In this document: in pieces, positions 10,272 to 20,885 of the stretch
Position numbering within the stretch: the first letter of the stretch is position 1
How the letters are laid out: each line of letters opens with the position of its first letter
From: an uncultured Lachnospiraceae bacterium
Lineage (GTDB): Bacteria; Bacillota; Clostridia; Lachnospirales; Lachnospiraceae
Direction: 5' to 3'
Length of the DNA stretch: 64,000 nt
Assembly (NCBI GenBank): GCA_905235275.1
Contig: CAJOLA010000002.1
Location: 2,033 to 66,032 of the forward strand
The notes under the pieces: generated by a model
Told to the model about the DNA's origin: nothing
Seen by the model: only the letters and a program-made list of their open reading frames with translations
Database searches by the model: none
Made by a program: the position numbers and the translations under genes

Positions 10272-10457
10272 ATGGCTAAGACTTCAATGAAAGTGAAGCA
10301 GCAAAGAAAGCAGAAATTCTCTACCAGAGAATATACACGTTGCAGAATTTGCGGCAGACCCCACGGATATTTGAGAAAATACGGAATCTGCAGAATATGC
10401 TTCCGTGAATTAGCGTATAAAGGACAAATACCCGGTGTGAAAAAAGCATCTTGGTAA
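10272..10457 (+). CDS. rpsZ: 30S ribosomal protein S14 type Z (zinc-binding, 61 aa)
   Basis: [23 protein letters not shown] carries the CxxC...CxxC zinc motif of short S14. Confidence 0.95.
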   Translation: MAKTSMKVKQQRKQKFSTREYTRCRICGRPHGYLRKYGICRICFRELAYKGQIPGVKKASW

Positions 10458-10476
10458 TTAAAGCAAGGAGGAAATA

Positions 10477-10872
10477 ATGACAGATTCAATCGCAGATATG
10501 CTTACAAGAATTCGTAACGCGAATATCGCTAAGCATGATACCGTTGATATACCTGCGTCTAAAATGAAAATTTCAATCGCAGAAATTCTTCTTAACGAAG
10601 GATATATTCGTTCCTATAATGTAGTTGAAGACGGCGCGTTTAAGACTATTCACATCGAATTAAAGTACGGCGCCGGAAAAAGTGAGAGAATCATTTCAGG
10701 ACTTAAGAGAGTATCCAAGCCCGGACTTCGTGTATATGCCGGTAAGGAAGATCTTCCAAAGGTTCTCGGAGGGCTCGGCATTGCTATTATTTCAACTAAC
10801 CAGGGCGTTATTACAGATAAAGAAGCAAGAAAACGTAATGTAGGCGGAGAAGTGCTCGCATTCATTTGGTGA
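10477..10872 (+). CDS. rpsH: 30S ribosomal protein S8
   Basis: [15 protein letters not shown] is canonical S8. Confidence 0.97.
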   Translation: MTDSIADMLTRIRNANIAKHDTVDIPASKMKISIAEILLNEGYIRSYNVVEDGAFKTIHIELKYGAGKSERIISGLKRVSKPGLRVYAGKEDLPKVLGGLGIAIISTNQGVITDKEARKRNVGGEVLAFIW

Positions 10873-10903
10873 TTTTTCAGAATTATTTAGGAGGTAAAAA
10901 GGC

Positions 10904-11446
10904 ATGTCACGTATAGGAATTAAGCCTGTTACCATCCCTGCCGGAGTTACCGTAACGGTTGATGATAAAAACAATGTGACCGTTAAGGGTCCTAAAGGCA
11001 CTCTGGAAAAACAGATGCCGGCGGGTATGGAGATAAAAGTAGAGGGTGAGACAGTTACTGTTTCAAGACCTAATGATTTAAAGAAGATGAAGTCTTATCA
11101 CGGACTTACAAGAACGCTCATTAACAATATGGTTATCGGCGTGACTGAAGGATTTGAGAAGAAGCTTGAGATTAACGGTGTAGGTTACCGTGCTCAGAAG
11201 AAGGGAAAGACACTCGTTCTTAACCTTGGATACTCTAATCCCGTAGAGATGAACGATCCGGAAGGCATCGAGGTAGATGTTGACGGTCAGAACATCCTCA
11301 TCGTAAAAGGAATTGACAAGCAGAAAGTCGGCCAGTACGCAGCTGAGATTCGTACAAAGAGACCGCCTGAACCATATAAGGGCAAGGGTATCAAGTATGA
11401 AGACGAAGTTATCAAGCGTAAAGTAGGAAAGACCGCTAAGAAATAA
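10904..11446 (+). CDS. rplF: 50S ribosomal protein L6
   Basis: [15 protein letters not shown] is canonical L6. Confidence 0.97.
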   Translation: MSRIGIKPVTIPAGVTVTVDDKNNVTVKGPKGTLEKQMPAGMEIKVEGETVTVSRPNDLKKMKSYHGLTRTLINNMVIGVTEGFEKKLEINGVGYRAQKKGKTLVLNLGYSNPVEMNDPEGIEVDVDGQNILIVKGIDKQKVGQYAAEIRTKRPPEPYKGKGIKYEDEVIKRKVGKTAKK

Positions 11447-11464
11447 TGAAAGGAGCAGATACTG

Positions 11465-11833
11465 ATGGTTAACAAAAAATCAAGAACCGAGGTTCACAGA
11501 AATAAACATCTCAGAGTTCGTAACCGTGTGAACGGTACAGCTGAAAAGCCGCGTCTTGCAGTATTCAGAAGTAACAGCCATATGTACGCTCAGATTATTG
11601 ACGATACGGTTGGGAATACTTTAGTTTCGGCCAGCACAATGGATAAAGAAGTAAAAAGCGCATGTGAAAGAACAGATAATGTTGATGCGGCTGCAAAGGT
11701 TGGAACCTTTATTGCAGAGCGTGCAAAGGCTAAGGGCATCACAACAGTCGTATTTGACAGAGGCGGATTTCTTTATGCCGGCAAGGTAAAAGCACTTGCT
11801 GAGGCGGCTCGTGAAGCCGGACTTGAATTTTAA
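11465..11833 (+). CDS. rplR: 50S ribosomal protein L18
   Basis: Conserved L18 translation ([19 protein letters not shown]). Confidence 0.96.
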   Translation: MVNKKSRTEVHRNKHLRVRNRVNGTAEKPRLAVFRSNSHMYAQIIDDTVGNTLVSASTMDKEVKSACERTDNVDAAAKVGTFIAERAKAKGITTVVFDRGGFLYAGKVKALAEAAREAGLEF

Positions 11834-11850
11834 GCGGAAGGGAGAAGACA

Positions 11851-12360
11851 ATGAGAGACAACAAAGTTGACAATGGTCAGGTTGAGTTTTCTGACAACGT
11901 TGTATCTATTAAAAGAGTTACCAAGGTTGTTAAGGGTGGACGTAATATGCGTTTCGCAGCTCTCGTGGTAGTTGGTGATAACAACGGCCATGTTGGAGCC
12001 GGAGTCGGAAAAGCGGCTGAGATCCCTGAAGCTATTCGCAAGGGTAAAGAAGACGCTATGAAGCATATGATAGAAGTTGCCATGGATGAGAACGGATCCG
12101 TACCTCATGATTTTGTCGGTAAATTCTGCGGAGCTAATGTATTACTTAAGAGAGCTCCCGAAGGTACCGGTATTATCGCAGGAGGTCCTGCACGTGCATT
12201 ACTTGAGCTTGCAGGCATCAGAAATATCCGTACAAAATCACTTGGTTCAAACAACAAGCAGAATGTTGTATTTGCCACACTTGACGGCCTTCAATCCATG
12301 AAGACGCCGGAAGAGTTTGCCAGACTCCGCGGTAAGTCAGTTGAAGAGATTAAAGGTTGA
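11851..12360 (+). CDS. rpsE: 30S ribosomal protein S5
   Basis: Conserved S5 translation ([18 protein letters not shown]). Confidence 0.96.
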   Translation: MRDNKVDNGQVEFSDNVVSIKRVTKVVKGGRNMRFAALVVVGDNNGHVGAGVGKAAEIPEAIRKGKEDAMKHMIEVAMDENGSVPHDFVGKFCGANVLLKRAPEGTGIIAGGPARALLELAGIRNIRTKSLGSNNKQNVVFATLDGLQSMKTPEEFARLRGKSVEEIKG

Positions 12361-12382
12361 TTGTTAAAGGAGGCAGACTGAC

Positions 12383-12565
12383 ATGGCAGAAAAGAATATT
12401 AAAGTTACTTTAGTAAAGTCACCTATCGGTGCAAAGCCTAAGCACAGAAAGACAGTCGAGGCTATGGGGCTTACAAAGCTTCACAAGACTGTTGAGCTTC
12501 CTGATAACGAAGCTACAAGAGGTCAGATTGCACAGGTTGGATATTTACTTCAGATTGAGGAATAA
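12383..12565 (+). CDS. rpmD: 50S ribosomal protein L30
   Basis: 60-aa protein with KVTLVKSPIG...TVEAMGL, canonical L30. Confidence 0.94.
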   Translation: MAEKNIKVTLVKSPIGAKPKHRKTVEAMGLTKLHKTVELPDNEATRGQIAQVGYLLQIEE

Positions 12566-12590
12566 AATATAACTAGAAGGAGGTGTCACA

Positions 12591-13031
12591 ATGGATTTAT
12601 CAAGCTTAAAGCCGAACGAAGGCTCTGTAAAAGATAATTTCAGAGTCGGCAGAGGTCACGGTTCAGGCAACGGAAAGACATCCGGTAGAGGTCAAAAAGG
12701 TCAGAAGTCCCGTTCAGGCGGTTCTCCAAGACCGGGCTTCGAAGGTGGACAGATGCCTTTATACAGAAGAATCCCCAAGAGAGGGTTCACTAACTACAAT
12801 CATCTTGATATCGTTGGTATCAACGTTTCAGCGCTTGATGCTTTCAACGACGGTGATGAGGTTACAATCGAATCTCTTATCATCAAAGGGATTATAAAGA
12901 ATCCGCAGGACGGAGTTAAGATTCTTGGCAATGGAGAGATTAGCAAGAAGCTTAATGTTAAGGTCAGTGCGTTTTCTGAAAAAGCTAAGGAGAAAATCGA
13001 GGCAGCAGGCGGTACTTGTGAGGTGATTTGA
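12591..13031 (+). CDS. rplO: 50S ribosomal protein L15
   Basis: [19 protein letters not shown] is the L15 glycine-rich motif. Confidence 0.96.
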   Translation: MDLSSLKPNEGSVKDNFRVGRGHGSGNGKTSGRGQKGQKSRSGGSPRPGFEGGQMPLYRRIPKRGFTNYNHLDIVGINVSALDAFNDGDEVTIESLIIKGIIKNPQDGVKILGNGEISKKLNVKVSAFSEKAKEKIEAAGGTCEVI

Positions 13032-14359
13032 TGATTGGCACATTAGGACGTGCTTTTAAAAGCGCAGATCTTAGAAAGCGTCTGTTGTTCATGCTGGGAG
13101 TACTTGTCGTTGTAAGACTTGGAAGTCTTATTCCGATTCCGGGTGTTAATACCGGATACTTCAGCTCAATCCTTGATAATTTGGGGGATGGTAATTTAAG
13201 CTACCTTAATGCTTTTACCGGAGGCTCTTTTGAGAGACTTTCATTATTTGCTTTAGGTATCACTCCTTATATTACGTCTTCAATTATCGTTCAGCTTCTT
13301 ACAATTGCAATTCCTAAATTAGAGGAAATGCAAAGAGAAGGTGAAGACGGTCGTAAGAAGATGGAAAGGATAACCCGATACATTACTCTCGGACTTGCAA
13401 TTGCCGAGTCTGTTGCAATGGCTGTCGGGTTCGGACGTCAGGGACTTATTGCCGGATACGAGACAATGAGCATGGGTCATTACGTAATGGCTATCATTAT
13501 CGTAATTATCGCTCTTATTGTCGGAGCTACGGCTCTTATGTGGCTCGGTGAGCAGATAACCGACAAAGGTGTTGGAAACGGTATTTCAATTATCCTTTTA
13601 TTCAACATCATCGCCGGTGTACCGGCAGATTTTGCAGGCTTATTTGAACAGTTCATTAAGGGACAGGGCGCAGGTCAGGCAATCGGAGCAATTGCGATAA
13701 TTGCCGGAGTTTGCGTAGGTATGATTTTAATTGTTATCATTCTTTCGGACGCCGAGAGAAGGATACCGGTGCAGTATTCACAGAAGGTTGTGGGAAGAAG
13801 AGTGTTTGGCGGACAGTCATCACATATTCCTCTCAAAGTTAACACGGCAGGTGTAATGCCTGTAATCTTTGCTTCATCGATTATGCAGTTCCCTGTTATA
13901 ATCGCACAGCTTATTACAAGATCACAGCCGGAATGGACCAAGTATTTAACACCGTCATTCTGGTTTAATACGGATCATTGGATATATACCGTCGGCCTTG
14001 CGGCTTATGTGGGATTGATTATAGCTTTTGCTTATTTCTATACTTCAATCACATTTAACCCGATTGAGATTGCCGATAATCTTAAAAGGAGCGGCGGCGT
14101 GGTTCCCGGAGTTACGCCGGGTAAGTCTACAAGCGATTATTTACAATCGATAATTAACAAAATCGTTATCGTGGGTGCGATAGGAATCGCGATTGTCGCG
14201 GTTATTCCAATGGTATTCTCGGGAATATTCGGAGCGAACGTATCCTTCGGCGGAACGTCACTCATCATTATCGTCGGAGTAATACTTGAGACACTAAAAC
14301 AGATGGAAGCCATGATGCGTAATAAAAATTACCGCGGTTTCCTGAGTGATGAAAATTAA
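13031..14359 (+). CDS. secY: preprotein translocase subunit SecY
   Basis: 10-TM protein with SecY motifs (LGITPYITSSIIVQLL). ATG at 13031. The ORF-track position 13028 is a TTG. Confidence 0.96.
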   Translation: MIGTLGRAFKSADLRKRLLFMLGVLVVVRLGSLIPIPGVNTGYFSSILDNLGDGNLSYLNAFTGGSFERLSLFALGITPYITSSIIVQLLTIAIPKLEEMQREGEDGRKKMERITRYITLGLAIAESVAMAVGFGRQGLIAGYETMSMGHYVMAIIIVIIALIVGATALMWLGEQITDKGVGNGISIILLFNIIAGVPADFAGLFEQFIKGQGAGQAIGAIAIIAGVCVGMILIVIILSDAERRIPVQYSQKVVGRRVFGGQSSHIPLKVNTAGVMPVIFASSIMQFPVIIAQLITRSQPEWTKYLTPSFWFNTDHWIYTVGLAAYVGLIIAFAYFYTSITFNPIEIADNLKRSGGVVPGVTPGKSTSDYLQSIINKIVIVGAIGIAIVAVIPMVFSGIFGANVSFGGTSLIIIVGVILETLKQMEAMMRNKNYRGFLSDEN

Positions 14360-14383
14360 TCGGATTTTAGAGGAGTAAATCTT

Positions 14384-15025
14384 ATGAAGATAGTTATGCT
14401 TGGAGCCCCGGGAGCGGGCAAAGGAACACAGGCAAAGAAGATAGCCGAACAATACGGCGTTCCTCATATTTCGACAGGAGATATTTTCCGCGCCAACATT
14501 AAGAACAACACACCTCTCGGCCAGCAGGCCAAGATCTATATGGATAAGGGTGAGCTTGTTCCGGATGAACTTGTTGTAAGTCTGATTATGGACAGATTCG
14601 ACGAGCCCGATTGTGCGAACGGTTACGTTCTTGACGGGTATCCGAGAACCATTCCTCAGGCTGAGGCGCTTGATAAGGCGCTTGAGGATAATGGCGAGAA
14701 GCTTGATTTCGCAATCGACGTTGATGTTCCCGATGAGGTAATTATTAACAGAATGAGCGGAAGAAGAGCATGCTTAAATTGCGGGGCAACCTATCACGTT
14801 GACAATAACCCTCCCAAGGCAGAGGGTGTCTGTGATGCCTGCGGCAATGAACTGGTCTTAAGAGAAGATGACAAGGAAGAGACTGTTAAGAATCGACTTG
14901 ACGTTTATCATGACCAGACAGAGCCCTTAAAGAAATATTATGCGGGCGCAGGAGTTCTTTATACCGTTGACGGTACTAAAGACATGGAAGAAGTATTTAA
15001 GTCAATATGTTCCATCGTTGAGTGA
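14384..15025 (+). CDS. adk: adenylate kinase (Zn-binding lid type)
   Basis: P-loop GAPGAGKGTQ and lid cysteines CLNCG...CDACG. Confidence 0.97.
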   Translation: MKIVMLGAPGAGKGTQAKKIAEQYGVPHISTGDIFRANIKNNTPLGQQAKIYMDKGELVPDELVVSLIMDRFDEPDCANGYVLDGYPRTIPQAEALDKALEDNGEKLDFAIDVDVPDEVIINRMSGRRACLNCGATYHVDNNPPKAEGVCDACGNELVLREDDKEETVKNRLDVYHDQTEPLKKYYAGAGVLYTVDGTKDMEEVFKSICSIVE

Positions 15026-15028
15026 TGT

Positions 15029-15334
15029 ATGCCTATGAGTGAGTTTGATTACAAAGGATGCCTCGCATTTTCACTGGCGGGGCATGACAAGGGAAAGGTA
15101 TATGTGATCCTTGATGTTGAGGGCGACAGGGCGTTGCTTTCGGACGGAAAGCTAAAGCCTGTCACCAATCCCAAATCCAAAAAACTCAAACACATACAAT
15201 TAGTTAAAAAAACATATGATTTTTATTTGAAACAATTTGATAATTCCGATATTGAAGCGGGGCATACGCCAACCGATGAAGAGGTGGCAAGAGCCATAAA
15301 GCTTTTTCGGAGGGAAGGAAAGGAGGAAGACTAA
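15029..15334 (+). CDS. KOW domain-containing RNA-binding protein
   Basis: 101-aa protein with a KOW-like [11 protein letters not shown] motif. It occupies the adk-infA interval, as in other Clostridia. Confidence 0.6.
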   Translation: MPMSEFDYKGCLAFSLAGHDKGKVYVILDVEGDRALLSDGKLKPVTNPKSKKLKHIQLVKKTYDFYLKQFDNSDIEAGHTPTDEEVARAIKLFRREGKEED

Positions 15335-15552
15335 TGTCTAAGACAGATGCAATTGAGATAGAAGGAACAGTAGTTGAGAAGCTTCCAAACGCAATGTTTC
15401 AGGTGGAGCTTGAGAATGGACACCAGGTTCTGGCACATATAAGCGGTAAGCTCAGGATGAATTATATTCGTATATTACCGGGAGACAAAGTGACATTAGA
15501 GATGTCTCCTTACGACCTTACCAAAGGCAGAATTATCTGGAGAGACAAATAA
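15334..15552 (+). CDS. infA: translation initiation factor IF-1
   Basis: [30 protein letters not shown] is canonical IF-1. Confidence 0.97.
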   Translation: MSKTDAIEIEGTVVEKLPNAMFQVELENGHQVLAHISGKLRMNYIRILPGDKVTLEMSPYDLTKGRIIWRDK

Positions 15553-15635
15553 TTAAGCAAAGTCATCGGACTTGCGAAGGCACTTATTAATATGATATAA
15601 TATTCGGCAGACTTGTCTGAAAGGAGGTTTTTACA

Positions 15636-15749
15636 GTGAAGGTTAGATCATCAGTAAAACCTATTTGTGAAAAATGCAAAGTCATAAAAAGAAAAGGCGT
15701 TGTCAGAATTATCTGTGACAACCCGAAACACAAGCAAAGACAAGGATAA
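15636..15749 (+). CDS. rpmJ: 50S ribosomal protein L36 (37 aa, absent from the ORF track)
   Basis: Read by hand. The GTG at 15636 lies 8 nt after AAAGGAGG, and the translation (M)[36 protein letters not shown] is canonical L36. Confidence 0.93.
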   Translation: MKVRSSVKPICEKCKVIKRKGVVRIICDNPKHKQRQG

Positions 15750-15985
15750 TCCTATTTAGGAATTCTTTGTTTGCATAAGTTCATACGGCCGTCATCCGTA
15801 TGACAAAAGACGAAAGTCTAAAGCGGCTGAGCAGACCTGACATCTAAGGGTCGGCGATTTTATTAACTGTATCAGTTATTCGGGCCGGTACAACATTTCA
15901 GACGTCTGATATCAGACGGGCTACCGGTTTGTGTGACTGTTGAATTTTTAAACGATTGATTATTTATTATGGAGGAAAGAACTAA

Positions 15986-16360
15986 ATGGCTCGTATTTCA
16001 GGTGTAGATTTACCAAAAGAAAAACGAATTGAAATCGGTCTTACTTATATTTATGGAATCGGCAGATCAAGATCCACAAAGATTTTGGCTGAGGCTGGAG
16101 TTAATCCTGACACTCGTGTAAGAGATCTTACAGATGAGGAAGTTGCCAAGATCCGTGAGATTATCGACGGAGACACGGAACATCTTATTGAAGGTGATCT
16201 CCGCAGAGAAATCGCCATGAATATCAAAAGATTAAAAGAAATCGGCTGCTACAGAGGAATCCGTCACAGAAAAGGTCTTCCCGTAAGAGGACAGAAGACA
16301 AAGACCAATGCCCGTACATGCAAAGGTCCTAAGAAGACGGTAGCAAACAAGAAGAAATAA
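15986..16360 (+). CDS. rpsM: 30S ribosomal protein S13
   Basis: [14 protein letters not shown] is canonical S13. Confidence 0.97.
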   Translation: MARISGVDLPKEKRIEIGLTYIYGIGRSRSTKILAEAGVNPDTRVRDLTDEEVAKIREIIDGDTEHLIEGDLRREIAMNIKRLKEIGCYRGIRHRKGLPVRGQKTKTNARTCKGPKKTVANKKK

Positions 16361-16380
16361 TATAGGAGGCTTTTTATAAA

Positions 16381-16776
16381 ATGGCTGGAAAAGTTACAAA
16401 AAAAGTGACCAAAAAGCATGTAAAGAAAAATATTGATAAAGGACAGGCTCATATTCAGTCTTCTTTTAATAATACAATAGTTACATTAACGGATACACAC
16501 GGTAATGCGCTTTCTTGGGCAAGTGCGGGTGGTCTTGGTTTCAGAGGATCCAAGAAGTCTACTCCGTATGCGGCTCAGATGGCTGCAGAGACAGCTGCCA
16601 AAGCAGCACAGATCCACGGATTAAAGTCAGTCGACGTTATGGTTAAGGGACCGGGTTCAGGTAGAGAAGCGGCTATTCGTGCCCTTTCAGCAGCAGGACT
16701 TACTGTTACAAGTATTAAAGACGTAACACCTGTACCACACAACGGTTGTCGTCCGCCAAAACGCAGAAGAGTTTAA
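16381..16776 (+). CDS. rpsK: 30S ribosomal protein S11
   Basis: Conserved S11 translation ([15 protein letters not shown]). Confidence 0.97.
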   Translation: MAGKVTKKVTKKHVKKNIDKGQAHIQSSFNNTIVTLTDTHGNALSWASAGGLGFRGSKKSTPYAAQMAAETAAKAAQIHGLKSVDVMVKGPGSGREAAIRALSAAGLTVTSIKDVTPVPHNGCRPPKRRRV

Positions 16777-16797
16777 TTATAAGGAGGTAGTGTTAAG

Positions 16798-17391
16798 ATG
16801 GCAGTAAACAGAGTTCCTGTTTTAAAGAGATGCAGATCACTTGATATGGATGCGTCTTATTTGGGAATAGACAAAAAGTCTAATAGAGCTCCGCACAACG
16901 CGGGCAGAAAGATAAGCCAGTACGGACTTCAGCTCAGAGAGAAGCAGAAGGCTAAGTTCATATATGGCGTACTTGAGAAGCCTTTCCGTAATTATTACAA
17001 GAAGGCTGAAAGAATGAAGGGTATGACCGGTGAGAACCTTATGGTTATGCTTGAGAGCAGACTTGATAACGTAGTTTTCAGACTCGGATTCGCAAGAACA
17101 AGAAGAGAAGCAAGACAGGTTGTCGATCACAAGCAGATTCTTGTAAACGGCAAGGTTGTAAATATCCCTTCATATCTTGTTAGCGCAGGAGATGTTATCA
17201 CGGTTTCCGAAAAAGGAAAGTCATCCGAAAGATTTAAGGCCATTAAAGAGGTAACAGAGGGAAGACTCGTTCCCGAATGGCTTGATTGTGATAAAGAGAA
17301 CCTTTCAGGTAAAGTGAATTCACTTCCCGAGAGAGAAGCAATTGATGTTCCTGTAGATGAGATGCTTATCGTCGAGTTGTATTCAAAATAA
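16798..17391 (+). CDS. rpsD: 30S ribosomal protein S4
   Basis: Conserved S4 translation with an S4 RNA-binding domain ([20 protein letters not shown]). Confidence 0.96.
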   Translation: MAVNRVPVLKRCRSLDMDASYLGIDKKSNRAPHNAGRKISQYGLQLREKQKAKFIYGVLEKPFRNYYKKAERMKGMTGENLMVMLESRLDNVVFRLGFARTRREARQVVDHKQILVNGKVVNIPSYLVSAGDVITVSEKGKSSERFKAIKEVTEGRLVPEWLDCDKENLSGKVNSLPEREAIDVPVDEMLIVELYSK

Positions 17392-17443
17392 TTAACTGAT
17401 TGACGCAAGAAGTATACAGATTCGTAAGGAGGAGCAAATATAC

Positions 17444-18412
17444 ATGGTGGATGCAGAATTTAACTTTAAAACACCAAAGATCGAACAGATTTCCGCTTCC
17501 GAAGACGGTAAATCGGCAAAGTTTGTCGTAGAACCGCTTGAGAGAGGATATGGTTTGACACTCGGAACTTCACTCAGAAGAATCATGCTTTCTTCATTGG
17601 TAGGAACGGCAGTAACAAGCGTTAAGATCGACGGAGTGCTTCACGAATTCAGTTCAATCCCGGGCGTTAAGGAAGACGTTTCCGAGATTGTTATGAACAT
17701 CAAGCAGCTTGTTATAACTAACAGCTCTTCAACTGCAGAACCGAAGGTTGCACGTATTGAAGCAAAAGGCGAGGGAGTTGTACGCGCATCCGATATTGAG
17801 GCTGATGCCGATATCGAGATTATTAATCCCGAGCTTGAGATTGCTCACCTTGATTCGCCTGACAGCGAATTAAATATGGAGATATATATCCGTAACGGAC
17901 GTGGTTATGTAAGCGCTGAGCGCAACAAAAACGAAGACGATGCGGTAGGTATTATTGCAGTTGATTCCATATATACACCTATTCAGAGAGTGAATATGGA
18001 AGTATGCGACACCAGAGTCGGTCGTGATACTGACTTTGATAAGCTTACACTTGAGATATTTACAAACGGTGCAATCGCACCGGAGGATGCTTTAAGCCAT
18101 GCGGCAAGAGTTTTAAAAGAGCATCTTCAGGTATTTATCAACCTTTCCGAAGACGGAGAGATCGCTGATGATACATTTGAGAGCGAGAATGATGAACAGG
18201 TAAAGACCATGTCCATGAGTATCGAGGATATGGAGCTTTCCGTAAGATCATTCAACTGTCTGAAGAGAGCAGGGATCAATACTGTTGCAGATCTCTGCAA
18301 TAAGTCTGAAGACGATATGATGAAAGTAAGAAACCTCGGTAAAAAATCTTTTGATGAGGTTCGTCTGAAGTTAGATGAGTTGGGACTTGGACTCAAGAAA
18401 AACGGAGAATAA
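17444..18412 (+). CDS. rpoA: DNA-directed RNA polymerase subunit alpha
   Basis: NTD motifs (GYGLTLGTSLRRIMLS) and a CTD HhH (LSVRSFNCLKRAGI). Confidence 0.97.
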   Translation: MVDAEFNFKTPKIEQISASEDGKSAKFVVEPLERGYGLTLGTSLRRIMLSSLVGTAVTSVKIDGVLHEFSSIPGVKEDVSEIVMNIKQLVITNSSSTAEPKVARIEAKGEGVVRASDIEADADIEIINPELEIAHLDSPDSELNMEIYIRNGRGYVSAERNKNEDDAVGIIAVDSIYTPIQRVNMEVCDTRVGRDTDFDKLTLEIFTNGAIAPEDALSHAARVLKEHLQVFINLSEDGEIADDTFESENDEQVKTMSMSIEDMELSVRSFNCLKRAGINTVADLCNKSEDDMMKVRNLGKKSFDEVRLKLDELGLGLKKNGE

Positions 18413-18508
18413 TTATCAGCGCGACAGTAAGTCCGAAAGAGCATGTCGAATCGATCGGGTCGAATCAACCGGATTGACAGCTGATGCATAATTGGAGGAT
18501 TATAAAAA

Positions 18509-19045
18509 ATGGCAAAATACAGAAAGCTCGGAAAGGATTCCGCAGCACGTAAGGCATTACTCAGAAACCAGGTAACGGCGCTTATCCTTAATGATAAGCT
18601 TATCACAACAGAGGCAAGAGCTAAGGAAGTTCAGAAGATTGCCGAGAAGCTCATCGCACTCGCTGTTCGTGAGAAGGACAATTACGAGACAATTACCGTT
18701 ACTGCCAAGGTTCCTCAGAAGGATGCCGACGGCAAGAGAATGAAGGAGACGGTAGACGGCAAGGAAGTTGTTGTTTATGATACCGTTGAAAAAGAGATTA
18801 AGAAGGATAATCCTTCAAGACTTCATGCAAGAAGACAGATGGAGAAGTACCTTTACAAGGTAAAGGTTGTTCCGAATGAGCCTGCAGGAAGAAAGAGAAA
18901 TACAAAAGAGATCGATCTTACTACAAAGCTTTTTGATGAGATTGCAACTCGTTACGCAGACCGTAACGGCGGATACACAAGAATCATCAAGGTTGCACCG
19001 AGACGCGGTGACGGAGCGATGGAAGTAATTTTAGAGCTTGTTTAA
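18509..19045 (+). CDS. rplQ: 50S ribosomal protein L17, with a roughly 50-aa internal insertion
   Basis: [17 protein letters not shown] and the C-terminal [17 protein letters not shown] are canonical L17. It is 178 aa, against about 115-130 aa typically. Confidence 0.93.
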   Translation: MAKYRKLGKDSAARKALLRNQVTALILNDKLITTEARAKEVQKIAEKLIALAVREKDNYETITVTAKVPQKDADGKRMKETVDGKEVVVYDTVEKEIKKDNPSRLHARRQMEKYLYKVKVVPNEPAGRKRNTKEIDLTTKLFDEIATRYADRNGGYTRIIKVAPRRGDGAMEVILELV

Positions 19046-19050
19046 GAAGA

Positions 19051-19075
19051 AGGCGACAACGGTCGCCTTTTTTTG
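19051..19075 (+). terminator. intrinsic terminator after rplQ
   Basis: AGGCGAC-AACG-GTCGCCT hairpin followed by a T8 run. Confidence 0.8.
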
Positions 19076-19183
19076 TTGCGTCGACTCTTAAAGAGACAGT
19101 GAATATGTTTATTTTTTCAACTGTTTTGAAAGTGAAAAGTCTGTTATAATGATTCTTAAATATTTTCTGGGGTGGAAAGTTTG

Positions 19184-20047
19184 ATGCCGATAATTGATGT
19201 AAAACATATAGCATACGATTACGAAAACAGGGACGAAGAGGGGAGAGAGATTTCCTACAGAGCGCTTGATGATGTAACGATGGAAGTGCAGGAAGGGGAC
19301 TTTATTGCCGTGCTCGGGCATAACGGGTCAGGTAAATCCACATTTGCAAAGCATCTGAATGCGCTTCTTGTGCCAAGCGAGGGTACCGTTTATATTTGCG
19401 GGATGGACACTGCGGATTCCGGCTCCGTTCCCGATATCAGGGAAAGTGCGGGTATGGTATTTCAAAACCCCGATAACCAGATGGTGGCATCTGTCGTTGA
19501 TGAGGAGGTCGGATTCGGACCGGAGAATATCGGTGTTCCGACGCCTGAGATATGGAAGAGAGTCGAAGTGGCATTGGAAGCGGTCGGAATGTATGCATAT
19601 AAGGACAGTTCACCCACCAGGCTTTCGGGAGGCCAAAAACAAAGGGTCGCAATAGCAGGCATTCTTGCCATGAATCCGAAGTGTATCATTGCAGACGAGC
19701 CTACGGCAATGCTTGACCCCAAAGGCCGTGCCGACGTTATAAATGTCCTGCACAGGTTGAATGAAGATCAAAATGTAACGGTCATCCTCATTACGCATAA
19801 TATGGAAGAAGTAACGGATGCAGACAGGGTTTTTGTTATGGAAGGCGGAAAGGTTGTTTTGCACGGTACTCCCGAGGAAGTATTTTCCGAGGTTGAGGTA
19901 ATGCAAAAACTCAGGCTGGACGTACCTGAGGTTACTAAGCTTGCATTTGAGCTTAAGAAAAGGGGCCTTCCCGTAAGAGACGGAATACTTACACGTGAAG
20001 AATTGGTAAAGGAACTAAAGAGAATTCATGGAACTTACAACGCGTAA
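19184..20047 (+). CDS. ecfA1: ECF transporter ATPase component EcfA1
   Basis: Walker A GHNGSGKST and signature LSGGQKQR. It sits in the rplQ-ecfA-ecfA-ecfT-truA order typical of Firmicutes. ATG at 19184. Confidence 0.93.
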   Translation: MPIIDVKHIAYDYENRDEEGREISYRALDDVTMEVQEGDFIAVLGHNGSGKSTFAKHLNALLVPSEGTVYICGMDTADSGSVPDIRESAGMVFQNPDNQMVASVVDEEVGFGPENIGVPTPEIWKRVEVALEAVGMYAYKDSSPTRLSGGQKQRVAIAGILAMNPKCIIADEPTAMLDPKGRADVINVLHRLNEDQNVTVILITHNMEEVTDADRVFVMEGGKVVLHGTPEEVFSEVEVMQKLRLDVPEVTKLAFELKKRGLPVRDGILTREELVKELKRIHGTYNA

Positions 20048-20885
20048 TCTTACATATGAATACGATTCCGGGACAAGCTATGCCAAGAAAGCGATAGATG
20101 ATATTAATCTCGTGATAAGAGAAAATGAATTTATCGGTCTCATCGGACATACGGGCTCCGGCAAATCCACGCTTATCCAGCACCTGAACGGATTGCTTCG
20201 CGCAACTAAAGGAGAGGTTTACTGGAACGGGAAGGACATTTTTTCCGACGGCTTTGACAGAAGGGAATTCAGGGGACACGTGGGTCTTGTTTTTCAGTAT
20301 CCCGAATATCAGCTTTTTGAAACGGACGTTTTAAAGGATGTCTGCTTTGGTCCCAAAAACCTCGGACTTTCCGAAGAAGAGGCAACCAAACTCGCAAAGG
20401 AAGCGCTTTCACTTGTAGGGATTAATGAGTCTTATTATAAAAAATCCCCTTTCGACCTTTCGGGCGGTGAAAAAAGGCGTGTGGCGATAGCGGGAGTGCT
20501 TGCCATGAGGCCTGAAGTGCTGATTCTTGATGAGCCGACCGCGGGACTCGACCCTAAGGGAAGGGATGAGATACTCGGAAGCGTCAGCACCATCAGAAAA
20601 GAGACGGGAAATACCGTTATTTTGGTGTCCCACAGCATGGATGATATTGCCGAATACGTTGAGAGAGTAATTGTGATAAATAACGGGCGAATCGAATATG
20701 ACGGTGATAAAAGGGAAGTGTTTCAGCATATCGATGAGCTTGAGAGCATGGGGCTTTCCGCGCCTCAGATGTGCTATCTGATGAGAGATTTAAAAGAAGC
20801 GGGATTTAATACGGGAGACGGTGCTCTGACGGTGGAGGAAGCCATAGAGCCGATACTTGATAACTTTAGGAGAAGGAATGTTTAA
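20028..20885 (+). CDS. ecfA2: ECF transporter ATPase component EcfA2
   Basis: Walker A GHTGSGKST and signature LSGGEKRR. It overlaps ecfA1 by 20 nt. Confidence 0.93.
   Translation: MELTTRNLTYEYDSGTSYAKKAIDDINLVIRENEFIGLIGHTGSGKSTLIQHLNGLLRATKGEVYWNGKDIFSDGFDRREFRGHVGLVFQYPEYQLFETDVLKDVCFGPKNLGLSEEEATKLAKEALSLVGINESYYKKSPFDLSGGEKRRVAIAGVLAMRPEVLILDEPTAGLDPKGRDEILGSVSTIRKETGNTVILVSHSMDDIAEYVERVIVINNGRIEYDGDKREVFQHIDELESMGLSAPQMCYLMRDLKEAGFNTGDGALTVEEAIEPILDNFRRRNV

Noticed and set aside
653-19900. Dozens of 60-130-aa ORFs overlapping ribosomal protein, secY, adk and ecf genes in other frames or on the opposite strand.
   Set aside because: All are nested in genes with unambiguous conserved translations. 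None has an RBS or recognisable similarity.
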